A stretch of 64,000 bases of DNA, taken from the IMG/VR virus record IMGVR_UViG_3300025530_000002. One strand, 5' to 3'. This document shows positions 31,934-40,664 of the stretch, piece by piece. Positions within the stretch are counted from its first letter, which is position 1, and every line of letters starts with the position of its first letter. The position numbers were made by a program, and so were the translations under genes. Origin of the DNA: a virus. Under the pieces are notes generated by a model, which ran no database searches, had not been told where the DNA came from, and saw only the letters and a list, made by a program, of their open reading frames with translations.

Positions 31934-33883
31934 GTGAGCTACACCGATCCGCTGCGGATCTACCTGCACGGAGACAAGGAGAAGGCCAAGCAGTTCGTCC
32001 GTGAGGCGCGCCGCTTGGCCTTCTTGCTGCTCCGGCAGACCACCGAGTCCGGGGCGACGACGGCGCGCCGCCGGTGGCAGTCTGCGGACGGCACTACGGT
32101 GGAGGTCATCATCATCCCCGGCCAGGTGACGGCCATCATCACGGCTCCGTCGGTCGGCAAGAAGGCCGAGCGCAAGTTCGAGGACTTCGTTGTCTGGGCG
32201 CGCACCCAGGCCCTGCCGGACGGTATCGACCCGGACCATCCGCAGCAGATCCTGCGTCCGGCCTGGAAGACGTTCTTCTACGACGACCAGATCCCGCTGT
32301 ACGCGGATTTCGGCCGGCCCAAGGGCACATATCGGCTCAACCCGGACGGCACCGCGCTGTTCCCGGACGGCATCACCCACGCTGGCAACATCGACTGGCG
32401 TGGGCCGAACAAAGAGCGGCTGAGCTGGTACGGGCCGATTTCCCGTTACTGGTACGACGCCTGGCGTCAACCTTCGGCCCAATACGGCAAGTTCGTCTTC
32501 CACCTGGGGCAGGTGCTGTTGGACGTGGCGCAGTTCCAGATCGACAACGAGGAGGTCTGGGACGAGCAGCTGGTGCTCGGGGCATGTGTGCGCGAGCACG
32601 AGGACGGCCGGTGGCTGTACGTGGTCCTGGCGGACATCCCCGACCAGGTGACCCCGGTGGTCTCGCTGGAGCCCAGAGAAATATACTTTTCCCAGAACTA
32701 CCCCTTGGGCGACATCATCCACGCGGTGCGGCGCATTCGACTGACCCGCGACACGGACACCCAGGAGGCGCAGAAGTGGCGGCTGTTTGGCGGTTCGCAG
32801 CTGCTCTGGCGGGCGAGCATCCCCCGCGCCTGTTCGCCCTGGATGTTCAGTCCGGACGGGCGCACGGCCTACACCGTGGCCCAGGATGCCACGCCGTTTT
32901 GTGTGTTCACCGACCTGCTGTCCGAGGAGCTTTTTTCCGCCCCGCCAGCCAGTTCGGAGCTGTACCGCATCCAGATCGCGGAGGACGGTACGGTCTCGGG
33001 CGAGGGCTGGTCAACCAGCATCCCGGCCGGCGCCGGCGAGGCCGTCGTGGCCATGGACTTCGCCGCCGACGGGGCCGAGCTGCCGGTCTATCTGGGGCGC
33101 GGGCCGGTGGAGCAGTCGCCCCACGGGATCTACTTGCGGGTAGGGGGCACCCGATTCCCGCTGTACTTCAAGACCAACCCACCCTCCGGCGACTTCACCG
33201 ACAGCAGCGCACAATGCGCCATCGTACTGTTCGACGCGCGCGAGCGCTTTCTGGTGACCCGGCGCCTGCAGCGCTCGTGGAACCGCCAGGTCCAGCCCAG
33301 CACGGTGCACGCGGGAACGTTCGTGGAGATCTACTGCAACGGGCAGTACCAGCGTGAGCTGGTCGGCGAGGAGCAAGGCCCCGGAACCGGGGCTGCGCGC
33401 TTTGATCGGGCAGTCGGGGCACTGGAGTCGACGGCGACGGAGCCGGTCGGGCCGCTGTGCTGGCTATGGATGATGATCGTCCAAAGTACGCCCGTGCAAA
33501 ACTGGCTGCATCGGACCGGGCTGACCGCGAGCAACCAGGACGTGCCGTTCGCCAAGGCGGACGTGTTCGGACAGTGGGGATTTGGAGGGCCGGCTGGCGC
33601 CGACTCCATCCCGATCGCCGACGATGCCGTGGACGGGTTCTTCAACACCCGGACCGACGCCCATGGCCACCGTTCACCCGCCGCCGGGGCCGCCGTGGAC
33701 GGGGTCTACGTGCTGTCGATCTACCACCCGCTGGCCATATACGGGGACCAGTACGGGCGCGCGGACGAAAGCTACCACGCAGTATCCGGCAGCGATCTTC
33801 GGGCATTGACGGGTGTACAGGGCGCCAAAGAGCGCTATCATCCCATCTGGGTTTTGGGCCAGCCTATCGGTGGAGAAGCCTGA
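31934..33883 (+). CDS. large virion structural protein (tail/nozzle candidate)
   Basis: 649 aa. GTG start 1 nt after the upstream stop. Confidence 0.8.
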   Translation: MSYTDPLRIYLHGDKEKAKQFVREARRLAFLLLRQTTESGATTARRRWQSADGTTVEVIIIPGQVTAIITAPSVGKKAERKFEDFVVWARTQALPDGIDPDHPQQILRPAWKTFFYDDQIPLYADFGRPKGTYRLNPDGTALFPDGITHAGNIDWRGPNKERLSWYGPISRYWYDAWRQPSAQYGKFVFHLGQVLLDVAQFQIDNEEVWDEQLVLGACVREHEDGRWLYVVLADIPDQVTPVVSLEPREIYFSQNYPLGDIIHAVRRIRLTRDTDTQEAQKWRLFGGSQLLWRASIPRACSPWMFSPDGRTAYTVAQDATPFCVFTDLLSEELFSAPPASSELYRIQIAEDGTVSGEGWSTSIPAGAGEAVVAMDFAADGAELPVYLGRGPVEQSPHGIYLRVGGTRFPLYFKTNPPSGDFTDSSAQCAIVLFDARERFLVTRRLQRSWNRQVQPSTVHAGTFVEIYCNGQYQRELVGEEQGPGTGAARFDRAVGALESTATEPVGPLCWLWMMIVQSTPVQNWLHRTGLTASNQDVPFAKADVFGQWGFGGPAGADSIPIADDAVDGFFNTRTDAHGHRSPAAGAAVDGVYVLSIYHPLAIYGDQYGRADESYHAVSGSDLRALTGVQGAKERYHPIWVLGQPIGGEA

Positions 33884-34353
33884 TGGCGACGCTGACCTCT
33901 ACGGGCTACCGAACGGCGATTCTGGGCGGTACCGCGTTTGTCGACATCTTCAAGTACGGGTGCATCGAGGTGCGCACCGGGCCGCAGCCGGCCACGGCAG
34001 ACGACGCCGCCACCGGCACCCTGATCGCGCGCATCACCGCCAACGGGGGCGCCTGGACGGCCGGCTCGCCCACCAACGGCCTGCGCTTCCTCCAGGACGG
34101 GCCGCGCATCGTCAACGATCCGGTCGAGCCGTGGGTGCTCAAAGGTGAGGCTACCGGCGAGGCCGGCTGGTTCCGCCTGGTGGGCAACACGCCCGACGAT
34201 GGGCAGTTCTCGCTGACTGCCCCGCGCATCGACGGTACGATCGGACTGCTGTCCGACACGACCGACATCCAGCTGTTCCTGCCGACGGTCTCGATCACCC
34301 CTGCCACTTCCATCGTCGTACCGTACTGGTGGTACGGCCTCCCGCCACTGTGA
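33883..34353 (+). CDS. virion protein, 156-aa tandem paralog A
   Basis: Internal ATG 33883 overlaps the upstream TGA (TGATG). Motifs GEAGWFRLVG and RIDGTIG. Confidence 0.75.
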   Translation: MATLTSTGYRTAILGGTAFVDIFKYGCIEVRTGPQPATADDAATGTLIARITANGGAWTAGSPTNGLRFLQDGPRIVNDPVEPWVLKGEATGEAGWFRLVGNTPDDGQFSLTAPRIDGTIGLLSDTTDIQLFLPTVSITPATSIVVPYWWYGLPPL

Positions 34354-34362
34354 GGTACTGCT

Positions 34363-34833
34363 ATGTCCATCACTGCCACTCTTGCCACCGCTGCGCTGCT
34401 GGAAATCAAGAACGCGCTGGACGGCGGCTTCCTGTACATCTATGCCGGGCCGGTGCCTGCTGACGCGACCGAGGCGCTGGACATGGTGTCGAGTCACACC
34501 GAGCTGGTGGTGCTCTCGGTGGACGGCGACGGCGTGACCGGTTTGACGTTCGACTCGCCGGTCGGTAGCACGCTGCCCAAGAGTTCGGGCGAGGTCTGGA
34601 AGGGCACCATTGCTTTCGACGGCGCCGAGGCCGCCGAGACCGATCTGACGCCGACCTTCTTCCGCTTCTGTGCCGCCGGCGACGATGGCCGCGGTGACGG
34701 CACCGGACTGGTGCGTATCCAAGGCTCGGTCGGCGGCCCGACCTCGGGCGCGCAGATGGTGCTGGGAACGGCCACGCTGACGTCCGGCAACGAGCAGGTC
34801 GTTTCGATCTTCAACGTGACCCTGACTGGCTGA
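34363..34833 (+). CDS. virion protein, 156-aa tandem paralog B
   Basis: Same length and same motif order as A (FFRFCAAGDDG, RIQGSVGG). Confidence 0.75.
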   Translation: MSITATLATAALLEIKNALDGGFLYIYAGPVPADATEALDMVSSHTELVVLSVDGDGVTGLTFDSPVGSTLPKSSGEVWKGTIAFDGAEAAETDLTPTFFRFCAAGDDGRGDGTGLVRIQGSVGGPTSGAQMVLGTATLTSGNEQVVSIFNVTLTG

Positions 34834-34834
34834 G

Positions 34835-35614
34835 ATGCTGCTCAAGCCGCCCGAGAGCATTTACCACCCCGGCACTCCGGGCACCGCCGGCACCCCGGAG
34901 CAGCCGGCGATCCCCGAGCGCACGGTGTGTGGCTACGTGGGCGGGGTGACCGAGACGGTGCGCATCTGCAGCACTGTGCGCCTGTGGGCGCCGGCCTCCG
35001 GCATCTGGAGTGTAGCGTTGCCGCCAGGCACAGAGTGGTACACGTACGGCGAGGAGAACGGCCGCGCTTACGTGGACTGCTACGTGTGCCGCACCGAGAC
35101 CCGATACACGGTGCCGCCCACGTACTCCTGCGTGACGTATCCGGCGGTGCCGTACAGGCCGGCCACTCCGCCGACGCCGCCGACGCCGCCCTGGGTCGAG
35201 AGCCGTCCGCGCTTCGGTTGGGACGCCGGTGCCAACAGCCGGCAGGAGCTGGATGGGGACGTGTTCGTGCGGTTCACGCAGCCGGTCGTCGTGGGGGTGG
35301 TGACCGGGTTCACCCACAACCCCGATGCGGTACCCGACCCGACCCGCATCTCGCACGGGTTCTACTTCTACACCGACGCCGAACGCGGGCAGTCGTACGT
35401 GCAGGTGTATGAAGCGGGTATCACCCGCGGCGGGCGGATGGTGCACTACCCGGAGGACGAGTTCCGCATCCAGCGGGTCAAAGGCGAAGTGTCGTATTGG
35501 TGTGGCGGCGAGCGCGTGTACACATCCGCGACCCCCAGCACGGGGCCGGTGCGGGTGGGTACCAGCCTGTTCGCCACGGGCGACCAGGTCCCGACTGCGA
35601 AGGTCAGAGTATGA
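34835..35614 (+). CDS. virion structural protein
   Basis: 259-aa ORF with a PTPPTPP linker. Confidence 0.75.
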   Translation: MLLKPPESIYHPGTPGTAGTPEQPAIPERTVCGYVGGVTETVRICSTVRLWAPASGIWSVALPPGTEWYTYGEENGRAYVDCYVCRTETRYTVPPTYSCVTYPAVPYRPATPPTPPTPPWVESRPRFGWDAGANSRQELDGDVFVRFTQPVVVGVVTGFTHNPDAVPDPTRISHGFYFYTDAERGQSYVQVYEAGITRGGRMVHYPEDEFRIQRVKGEVSYWCGGERVYTSATPSTGPVRVGTSLFATGDQVPTAKVRV

Positions 35615-37077
35615 GCATCGAGTTCGCCCCGCTCGACACAGCGCAGTACGACGGGTCGGCGTGGCTCACGTTCCGGCTGAAGGTCCAGGCCCTGTACGAT
35701 GTGCCGGCGGGCTCTGGCGTCTGTACGGTGCCCCTGACCCTGGGTCTGTTGGCGCAGGGTGATTCGCAGGGACAGGCGGAAGATCCGAACATCCCCGGCG
35801 CCGCCCTGGTGACGCTTTCGCTGGGGGTGCAGGCCCAGGGGCATACGGTGGCAGACGGCGCGGCCGACGTGACGCTGTCCGTGGGGACGTTCAGCACCGA
35901 CGGGGTCTTCGCCAACGTGCCGCTGCGGCTGGGCGTCAACGCCTGGGCGCCGCCTCCGGACGGGTACCCGTACTTCTTCTTGAGCGAGGCGCCGCCCTGG
36001 ATGTACGGCACGGGCGGGGCCTGGTACACCGACATGGAAGAAGGGCTGCGGCTGGGCGCCGACGTCGACACTGTGGTGGTCGCGCTGGTCCAGTCGATCT
36101 TGCAGCTGGAAGCGGCGCCGTTGCCGCTGATGATCTTCGCCGAGACGGTCCAGGACAACCTGGTCATGCGCGAGGCGGTGTCGTTGATCTTCGCCCGGGA
36201 GGTGCTGTCCGACATCACCCTGGCGTCCGACACCGAAACGCTGTTGACCCAGGTTGTGGCGGTGGTCGACCAGCTGTTGCTGCAGGACGAGTACCTGCCC
36301 GTGCAAAGTGCGCTGGTGACGGTGCTGGCGGCGCTGGCCCTGCGCGACACCGCCGTGCCGGTGCTGCAGCAGGAGGTCCAAGCCGCCCTGGCCCTGGACG
36401 AGGAGGTGACTCGCGCCCTGCTGGCGGCGGTCGAGGTCATCTCGGATCTGGCGCTGGCTGACGAGGCCCCGCACTCGGCGGTGATGTTCGCCCTGGCGGC
36501 GTCTGACATGGAGCTGCTGTCCCAGGTCGAGCGCAACCTGGTCGCGCTGGTCGAGCTGCTGGACAACCTGGAGCTGGGTGTTCGGCTGCGGGTCGGCAAA
36601 GAAGTTTACGCCGGCTACGTGGTCAATCTGGCGCGCGGGGCCGTGACCGAGTACGAGAACTACAACTTCAACTCGCTGGCCATGATCGGCGGCAAGCCGT
36701 TCGGTGCCGGCGAGGAAGGCGTGTACCTGCTGCAAGGCGACGATGATGACGGTGCGCCCATCGACGCCTATGTGCGCACCGGCGCCCTGAACTTCGGTTC
36801 GCTGACCAAGGTCCTGAATGGCTACATCGGCGTGAAAGCGGACGGCACGGTGCTGATGAAGGTCATCACCCGTGACGGCGGCGTGAAGAAGGAAAACTGG
36901 TACCGCATGAAACGGCGTCCGACTGGCGAAACTGTCGAGACCCGCTTCGACATCGCCAAGGGCCTGACCAGCACCTACTGGCAGTGGGAGCTGGCCAACG
37001 AGGACGGCGCATACTTTGAGCTAGACTTCGTCAAGGTCTGGCCGTTGCGCCTGACCCGTCGGTATTCCGGGAGGTAA
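35611..37077 (+). CDS. virion structural protein
   Basis: Internal ATG 35611 in an ATGA overlap. 488 aa. Confidence 0.8.
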   Translation: MSIEFAPLDTAQYDGSAWLTFRLKVQALYDVPAGSGVCTVPLTLGLLAQGDSQGQAEDPNIPGAALVTLSLGVQAQGHTVADGAADVTLSVGTFSTDGVFANVPLRLGVNAWAPPPDGYPYFFLSEAPPWMYGTGGAWYTDMEEGLRLGADVDTVVVALVQSILQLEAAPLPLMIFAETVQDNLVMREAVSLIFAREVLSDITLASDTETLLTQVVAVVDQLLLQDEYLPVQSALVTVLAALALRDTAVPVLQQEVQAALALDEEVTRALLAAVEVISDLALADEAPHSAVMFALAASDMELLSQVERNLVALVELLDNLELGVRLRVGKEVYAGYVVNLARGAVTEYENYNFNSLAMIGGKPFGAGEEGVYLLQGDDDDGAPIDAYVRTGALNFGSLTKVLNGYIGVKADGTVLMKVITRDGGVKKENWYRMKRRPTGETVETRFDIAKGLTSTYWQWELANEDGAYFELDFVKVWPLRLTRRYSGR

Positions 37078-37080
37078 TTC

Positions 37081-39027
37081 ATGGCTGTTCTTGCCCCAGG
37101 CGCGTACGTCACCCCGGCCTCGCCGCTGGTGGTCGAGCAGATGTCGCGGCTGAACAACCACGCCGACCACCTGCTGAACCGGACGGAAAACGTCGTCAAC
37201 AACATCCTGAACCTGCGGTTCAGCAACGTAGACCTGGACCCCCGGTTCCAGTTCTCGCAGGATGATCTCAACGCCCTGCTGAACCAGCTCGGCCCGCTTC
37301 CGGACGTGGAGATGGCCGACTGGACGGCCGGTCTGGACCTGTCGGCGGGCAACGAGAATTTCGTGTTCAACCCGCTGCTCCTGCAGCGCCTGCAGGAGCG
37401 CTTCGGCGACCTGCTGGAGCTGCCGCAGCCGCCGGAAGCCCCGCCGCAGCCGCCTGCGCCGCCCGACCCGGTCGACTTGCCGGACATCCTGCCGCCGCAG
37501 AAGCCGGTGCTGGAGAACTACCAGGCGCCGCAGATCGACACCAACATCCCGGTGCCGCAGTACGAGGACGCCACCGCCGAGGTGCCGTTCCCGACGCTGC
37601 GCCCGATCGAGCTGCCGCCGGTCCCCCAGATCAACCTGGATGACATCACGTTCCAGGGAGTTCCGCCTGTTTTCGAGGGAGTTCCCCCCGATATCGCGGA
37701 CTTCAGCTTCACTCCGGACACCTACACGGCGAAGTTCATCCCGCAGGTCGAGCAGGCGCTCAATCGCATGTTCGCCGGCGGCACGGGGCTGCCGCCCGAG
37801 GTCGAGGACGCGCTGTTTGAGCGCGCCCGCGAGCGCGAGGTCGAACTGGGCGAGCGCGAGGTCGACCAGATTCAGAACGAGTGGGCGGCGCGCGGGCACC
37901 GTTACCCGGCCGGGCCGATGCACCGTCGGGTGGACCTGGTGCGCAAGGAGGTCAGCTACAAGGTCAGCCAGCTCAACCGTGAACAGTTCATCGAGCACTG
38001 GCGAATCCATATCGAGCAGCTGCGTCAGGCCCTGACCACGGCCCTGGCCGCTGAGGACGTGCTGCTGCGCGTGTTCAGCCAGGCCGAGGAGCTGCGCTTC
38101 CAGGCGGCGCAGTTCCGCCTGCAGATGGCCATCCAGATTTTCAACGCGTTTGTCGCCAAGTACCAGGCGGATGCGTCGCTGTTCCAGGTCCAGGCCCAGG
38201 TGTACCGCGACCGTATCCAGGCCGAGATGGCCAAGCTGGAGGCGTTCAACGCCCAACTGCGCGGCCAGCAGCTGATCGGCGAGCTGAACATGCAGGACGT
38301 GCAGATCTTCGCCGAGCGGCTGCGCGCCCTGCAGGTCAACGTCGAGGTGTACAAGGCCCGGGTCGAGGCGTTTGCGGCCCAGCATGAGGCCCTGCGCACC
38401 CAGGTCAGCCTGTACCGGAGCCAGTTGGAGAACAATCTGCAGCTGGTCAACGTCTACGAGGCCGAAACCCGGGCCTTTGCCGAGATGGTCCGGGCCCAGA
38501 CCGCCAAGGAGGAGCGGTTCCAGACCAAGGCGGCCATCTACGGGCGGCAGATCGAGGCGTGGCGGACCCTGTACCAGGGGCTGATGGAGCAGTACAACGC
38601 CCAGCTGGAGCTGCAGCGCCTGAAGCGGGACATCTACGCGGCTGACTCCGAGCGCTTGGGCCAGTGGGCCAGCGCCGAGTCCGCGCGCATCCGGGCCCTG
38701 ACCGACAAGTACCAGGCCATTGCGACGGAGATCGGCGCACGTTCGGAGGCAGAACGCACCAAATACCAGCTGTATCTGGCGGTTGCCCAGGCCGCCCTGG
38801 AGCGGTATCGTGCGGCTGCGGACATCCTGTTGAAGAATGCCGAGGTCAACATCCAGTCCGGCCTGACGGCGCAGAGCCTGTACCTGCGGGCGCAGGAGAC
38901 TGGCGCGACCACCCTGGCCCAGCTGGCCGCCGGCATGACCAGCGCTGCGGGCATCCAGGCGTCGATCAGCGACAGCTCCGACTCCAGCATCAGCTACAAC
39001 TTCAGCGGCGAGCTTGACGTCGTATGA
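37081..39027 (+). CDS. internal virion / ejection protein candidate (long coiled coil)
   Basis: 648 aa. Pro-rich linker followed by about 350 aa of Q/A/E/R-rich helix. Confidence 0.8.
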   Translation: MAVLAPGAYVTPASPLVVEQMSRLNNHADHLLNRTENVVNNILNLRFSNVDLDPRFQFSQDDLNALLNQLGPLPDVEMADWTAGLDLSAGNENFVFNPLLLQRLQERFGDLLELPQPPEAPPQPPAPPDPVDLPDILPPQKPVLENYQAPQIDTNIPVPQYEDATAEVPFPTLRPIELPPVPQINLDDITFQGVPPVFEGVPPDIADFSFTPDTYTAKFIPQVEQALNRMFAGGTGLPPEVEDALFERAREREVELGEREVDQIQNEWAARGHRYPAGPMHRRVDLVRKEVSYKVSQLNREQFIEHWRIHIEQLRQALTTALAAEDVLLRVFSQAEELRFQAAQFRLQMAIQIFNAFVAKYQADASLFQVQAQVYRDRIQAEMAKLEAFNAQLRGQQLIGELNMQDVQIFAERLRALQVNVEVYKARVEAFAAQHEALRTQVSLYRSQLENNLQLVNVYEAETRAFAEMVRAQTAKEERFQTKAAIYGRQIEAWRTLYQGLMEQYNAQLELQRLKRDIYAADSERLGQWASAESARIRALTDKYQAIATEIGARSEAERTKYQLYLAVAQAALERYRAAADILLKNAEVNIQSGLTAQSLYLRAQETGATTLAQLAAGMTSAAGIQASISDSSDSSISYNFSGELDVV

Positions 39028-39170
39028 CCCGCCCAAACGACCGCGTCGTCTATACTCCGCTGCGCCTGCAGAACCAGGCGCGGCAGCAGAGCCGGCAGGC
39101 CCAGCTGGAGGCCCGCCGCCTGGCCCATTCCGTCCGCCCGGAGAAGAAACATGGCCGTCGACTTCCGTAG
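39024..39170 (+). CDS. small basic protein (48 aa)
   Basis: Hand-translated as MTRPNDRVVYTPLRLQNQARQQSRQAQLEARRLAHSVRPEKKHGRRLP. ATGA overlap. High third-position GC. Confidence 0.4.
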   Translation: MTRPNDRVVYTPLRLQNQARQQSRQAQLEARRLAHSVRPEKKHGRRLP

Positions 39171-39423
39171 TGCGTTCGCGGGGCGTCCGTCTTTGCGGAG
39201 GGCGCTGCAGGCTTTGGATGACTCTGGACAAGCGGCGTTCGCCGCGTCTGTGGCGGACGTGGACCCGCTCCGGTTCAAGAGCCTGTACCGCGACCGGGCG
39301 CGCCAGTTCTTGGACAGGCGGCGCGCGCTGAACCGTACGCTATTCCGAGACCAGCTGGAGCAGCAGCGGCAGCTGGAGCGCGAGGACTACCTGCGCCGTA
39401 ACTTCAATATCATGGGCGGATGA
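39151..39423 (+). CDS. hypothetical virion-module protein
   Basis: 90-aa ORF. Confidence 0.7.
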   Translation: MAVDFRSAFAGRPSLRRALQALDDSGQAAFAASVADVDPLRFKSLYRDRARQFLDRRRALNRTLFRDQLEQQRQLEREDYLRRNFNIMGG

Positions 39424-39436
39424 GATAGGGGCACGT

Positions 39437-40660
39437 ATGGCGACCGATCCGTTCAACGACAACGAGACCAAAGGCCGGCTCCGGCGCCCGGTGGACGCCA
39501 CTGCGGCGCCGCAGGGCTTCTATCCCATGACGCCGGGCGCCTTCAACACGCCCCCGCAGGCCGCGCCGACGGTGCAGCTGCGCAGCCAGCGGGATGCGGA
39601 GGCGTCGCGCCCGCAGCTCCGGCGTCCAGAGGTGCGCCTGGTCGAACCGACGCCGCCGAACTTCGAGAACGCGGGGGAGCGGCGGCGGGCCGGGGTGACC
39701 CGCATCGTACGTACTGCTCCGGGCGTGTACACGGACGACCCGTACGCCGAGGGCGAAGTCCGCTACTACGGCGCTTTGGGCGATCGCGTGGACGTGCCCC
39801 AGATGCCGTCCGGAGTGACGACCAACACCACCCCGGAGCAGTTCTACCAGGCCCAGCGCGCCTCGGCGTTCGACGTGACGACCCCCGAAGGGGCGTGGCG
39901 CGCGGCTGGCAACGCCGAACGTCAACGCCGGACTCTGGGGCGTATGCTGGCCGACCAGGCGGCTATCGCGGCCGGCCAGGACCCGAGCAACCCGCGCGGG
40001 CTTGAGTGGGTGCCGGACCCGACCAACCCGGACCGCTACACGGTCTTGTCGCGGGAGCAGCGCGAGGCGGCCGACCCTGCCTTGGCGGCCGCCCGGGCGA
40101 GGGGCCAGAGCGGTCCGGACCTGGGCGACCTGATCGCGTTTTTGCGCCTGCAGATGGACGCACAGAACAACGCGGCCAACCAGCAGCTGCGCGAGCGCGC
40201 GCTTCAGCGAATGGAGGCTGAGAGCCTGTCGCGGCGGTTCCGCGACAACCCCTCGGCGTTCGTGCGCGAGGAGCTGGGTGCGCTGCGCACGGCCGCGCCG
40301 GAAGAGCGTGCCGCGTATTTCTCGTCCCCGCGTGGGCAGTTCGTCCGTTCGCTGATCGACGACCAGGCCCGACGCGCCTACACCCGCAACGCACGCGGCG
40401 TGGCCGGCCTTTTCGCCACGCCGCCCGAGTCGGTCGCCGAGCTGCGGCGCGCCAGCCGTCTGGAACGAGCGCTCCCGTTGATGTCCCCGGCCATCGGCCT
40501 GCTGGGCGGTGCTACGCCGCTGGACTTCTTCCGGTCGCGGTACGTGACCGCCCGAGACCCGCTGCAGCGTGGCGTCTCGCTGGAGGACATGGGCCTGACT
40601 CCGGGCGATGCGTGGGTGCTGGACCTCCTGGCGGACCTGGATATCAACAGCGGACGGTGA
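39437..40660 (+). CDS. internal virion protein candidate
   Basis: 407-aa ORF with a disordered N-terminal half. Confidence 0.8.
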   Translation: MATDPFNDNETKGRLRRPVDATAAPQGFYPMTPGAFNTPPQAAPTVQLRSQRDAEASRPQLRRPEVRLVEPTPPNFENAGERRRAGVTRIVRTAPGVYTDDPYAEGEVRYYGALGDRVDVPQMPSGVTTNTTPEQFYQAQRASAFDVTTPEGAWRAAGNAERQRRTLGRMLADQAAIAAGQDPSNPRGLEWVPDPTNPDRYTVLSREQREAADPALAAARARGQSGPDLGDLIAFLRLQMDAQNNAANQQLRERALQRMEAESLSRRFRDNPSAFVREELGALRTAAPEERAAYFSSPRGQFVRSLIDDQARRAYTRNARGVAGLFATPPESVAELRRASRLERALPLMSPAIGLLGGATPLDFFRSRYVTARDPLQRGVSLEDMGLTPGDAWVLDLLADLDINSGR

Positions 40661-40664
40661 ATCG

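Noticed and set aside
37021-39231. 736-aa minus-strand ORF
   Set aside because: It is antisense to the 648-aa coiled-coil virion protein. Its repetitive L/Q/G/R/D content mirrors the complement of the Q/A/E/L codons.
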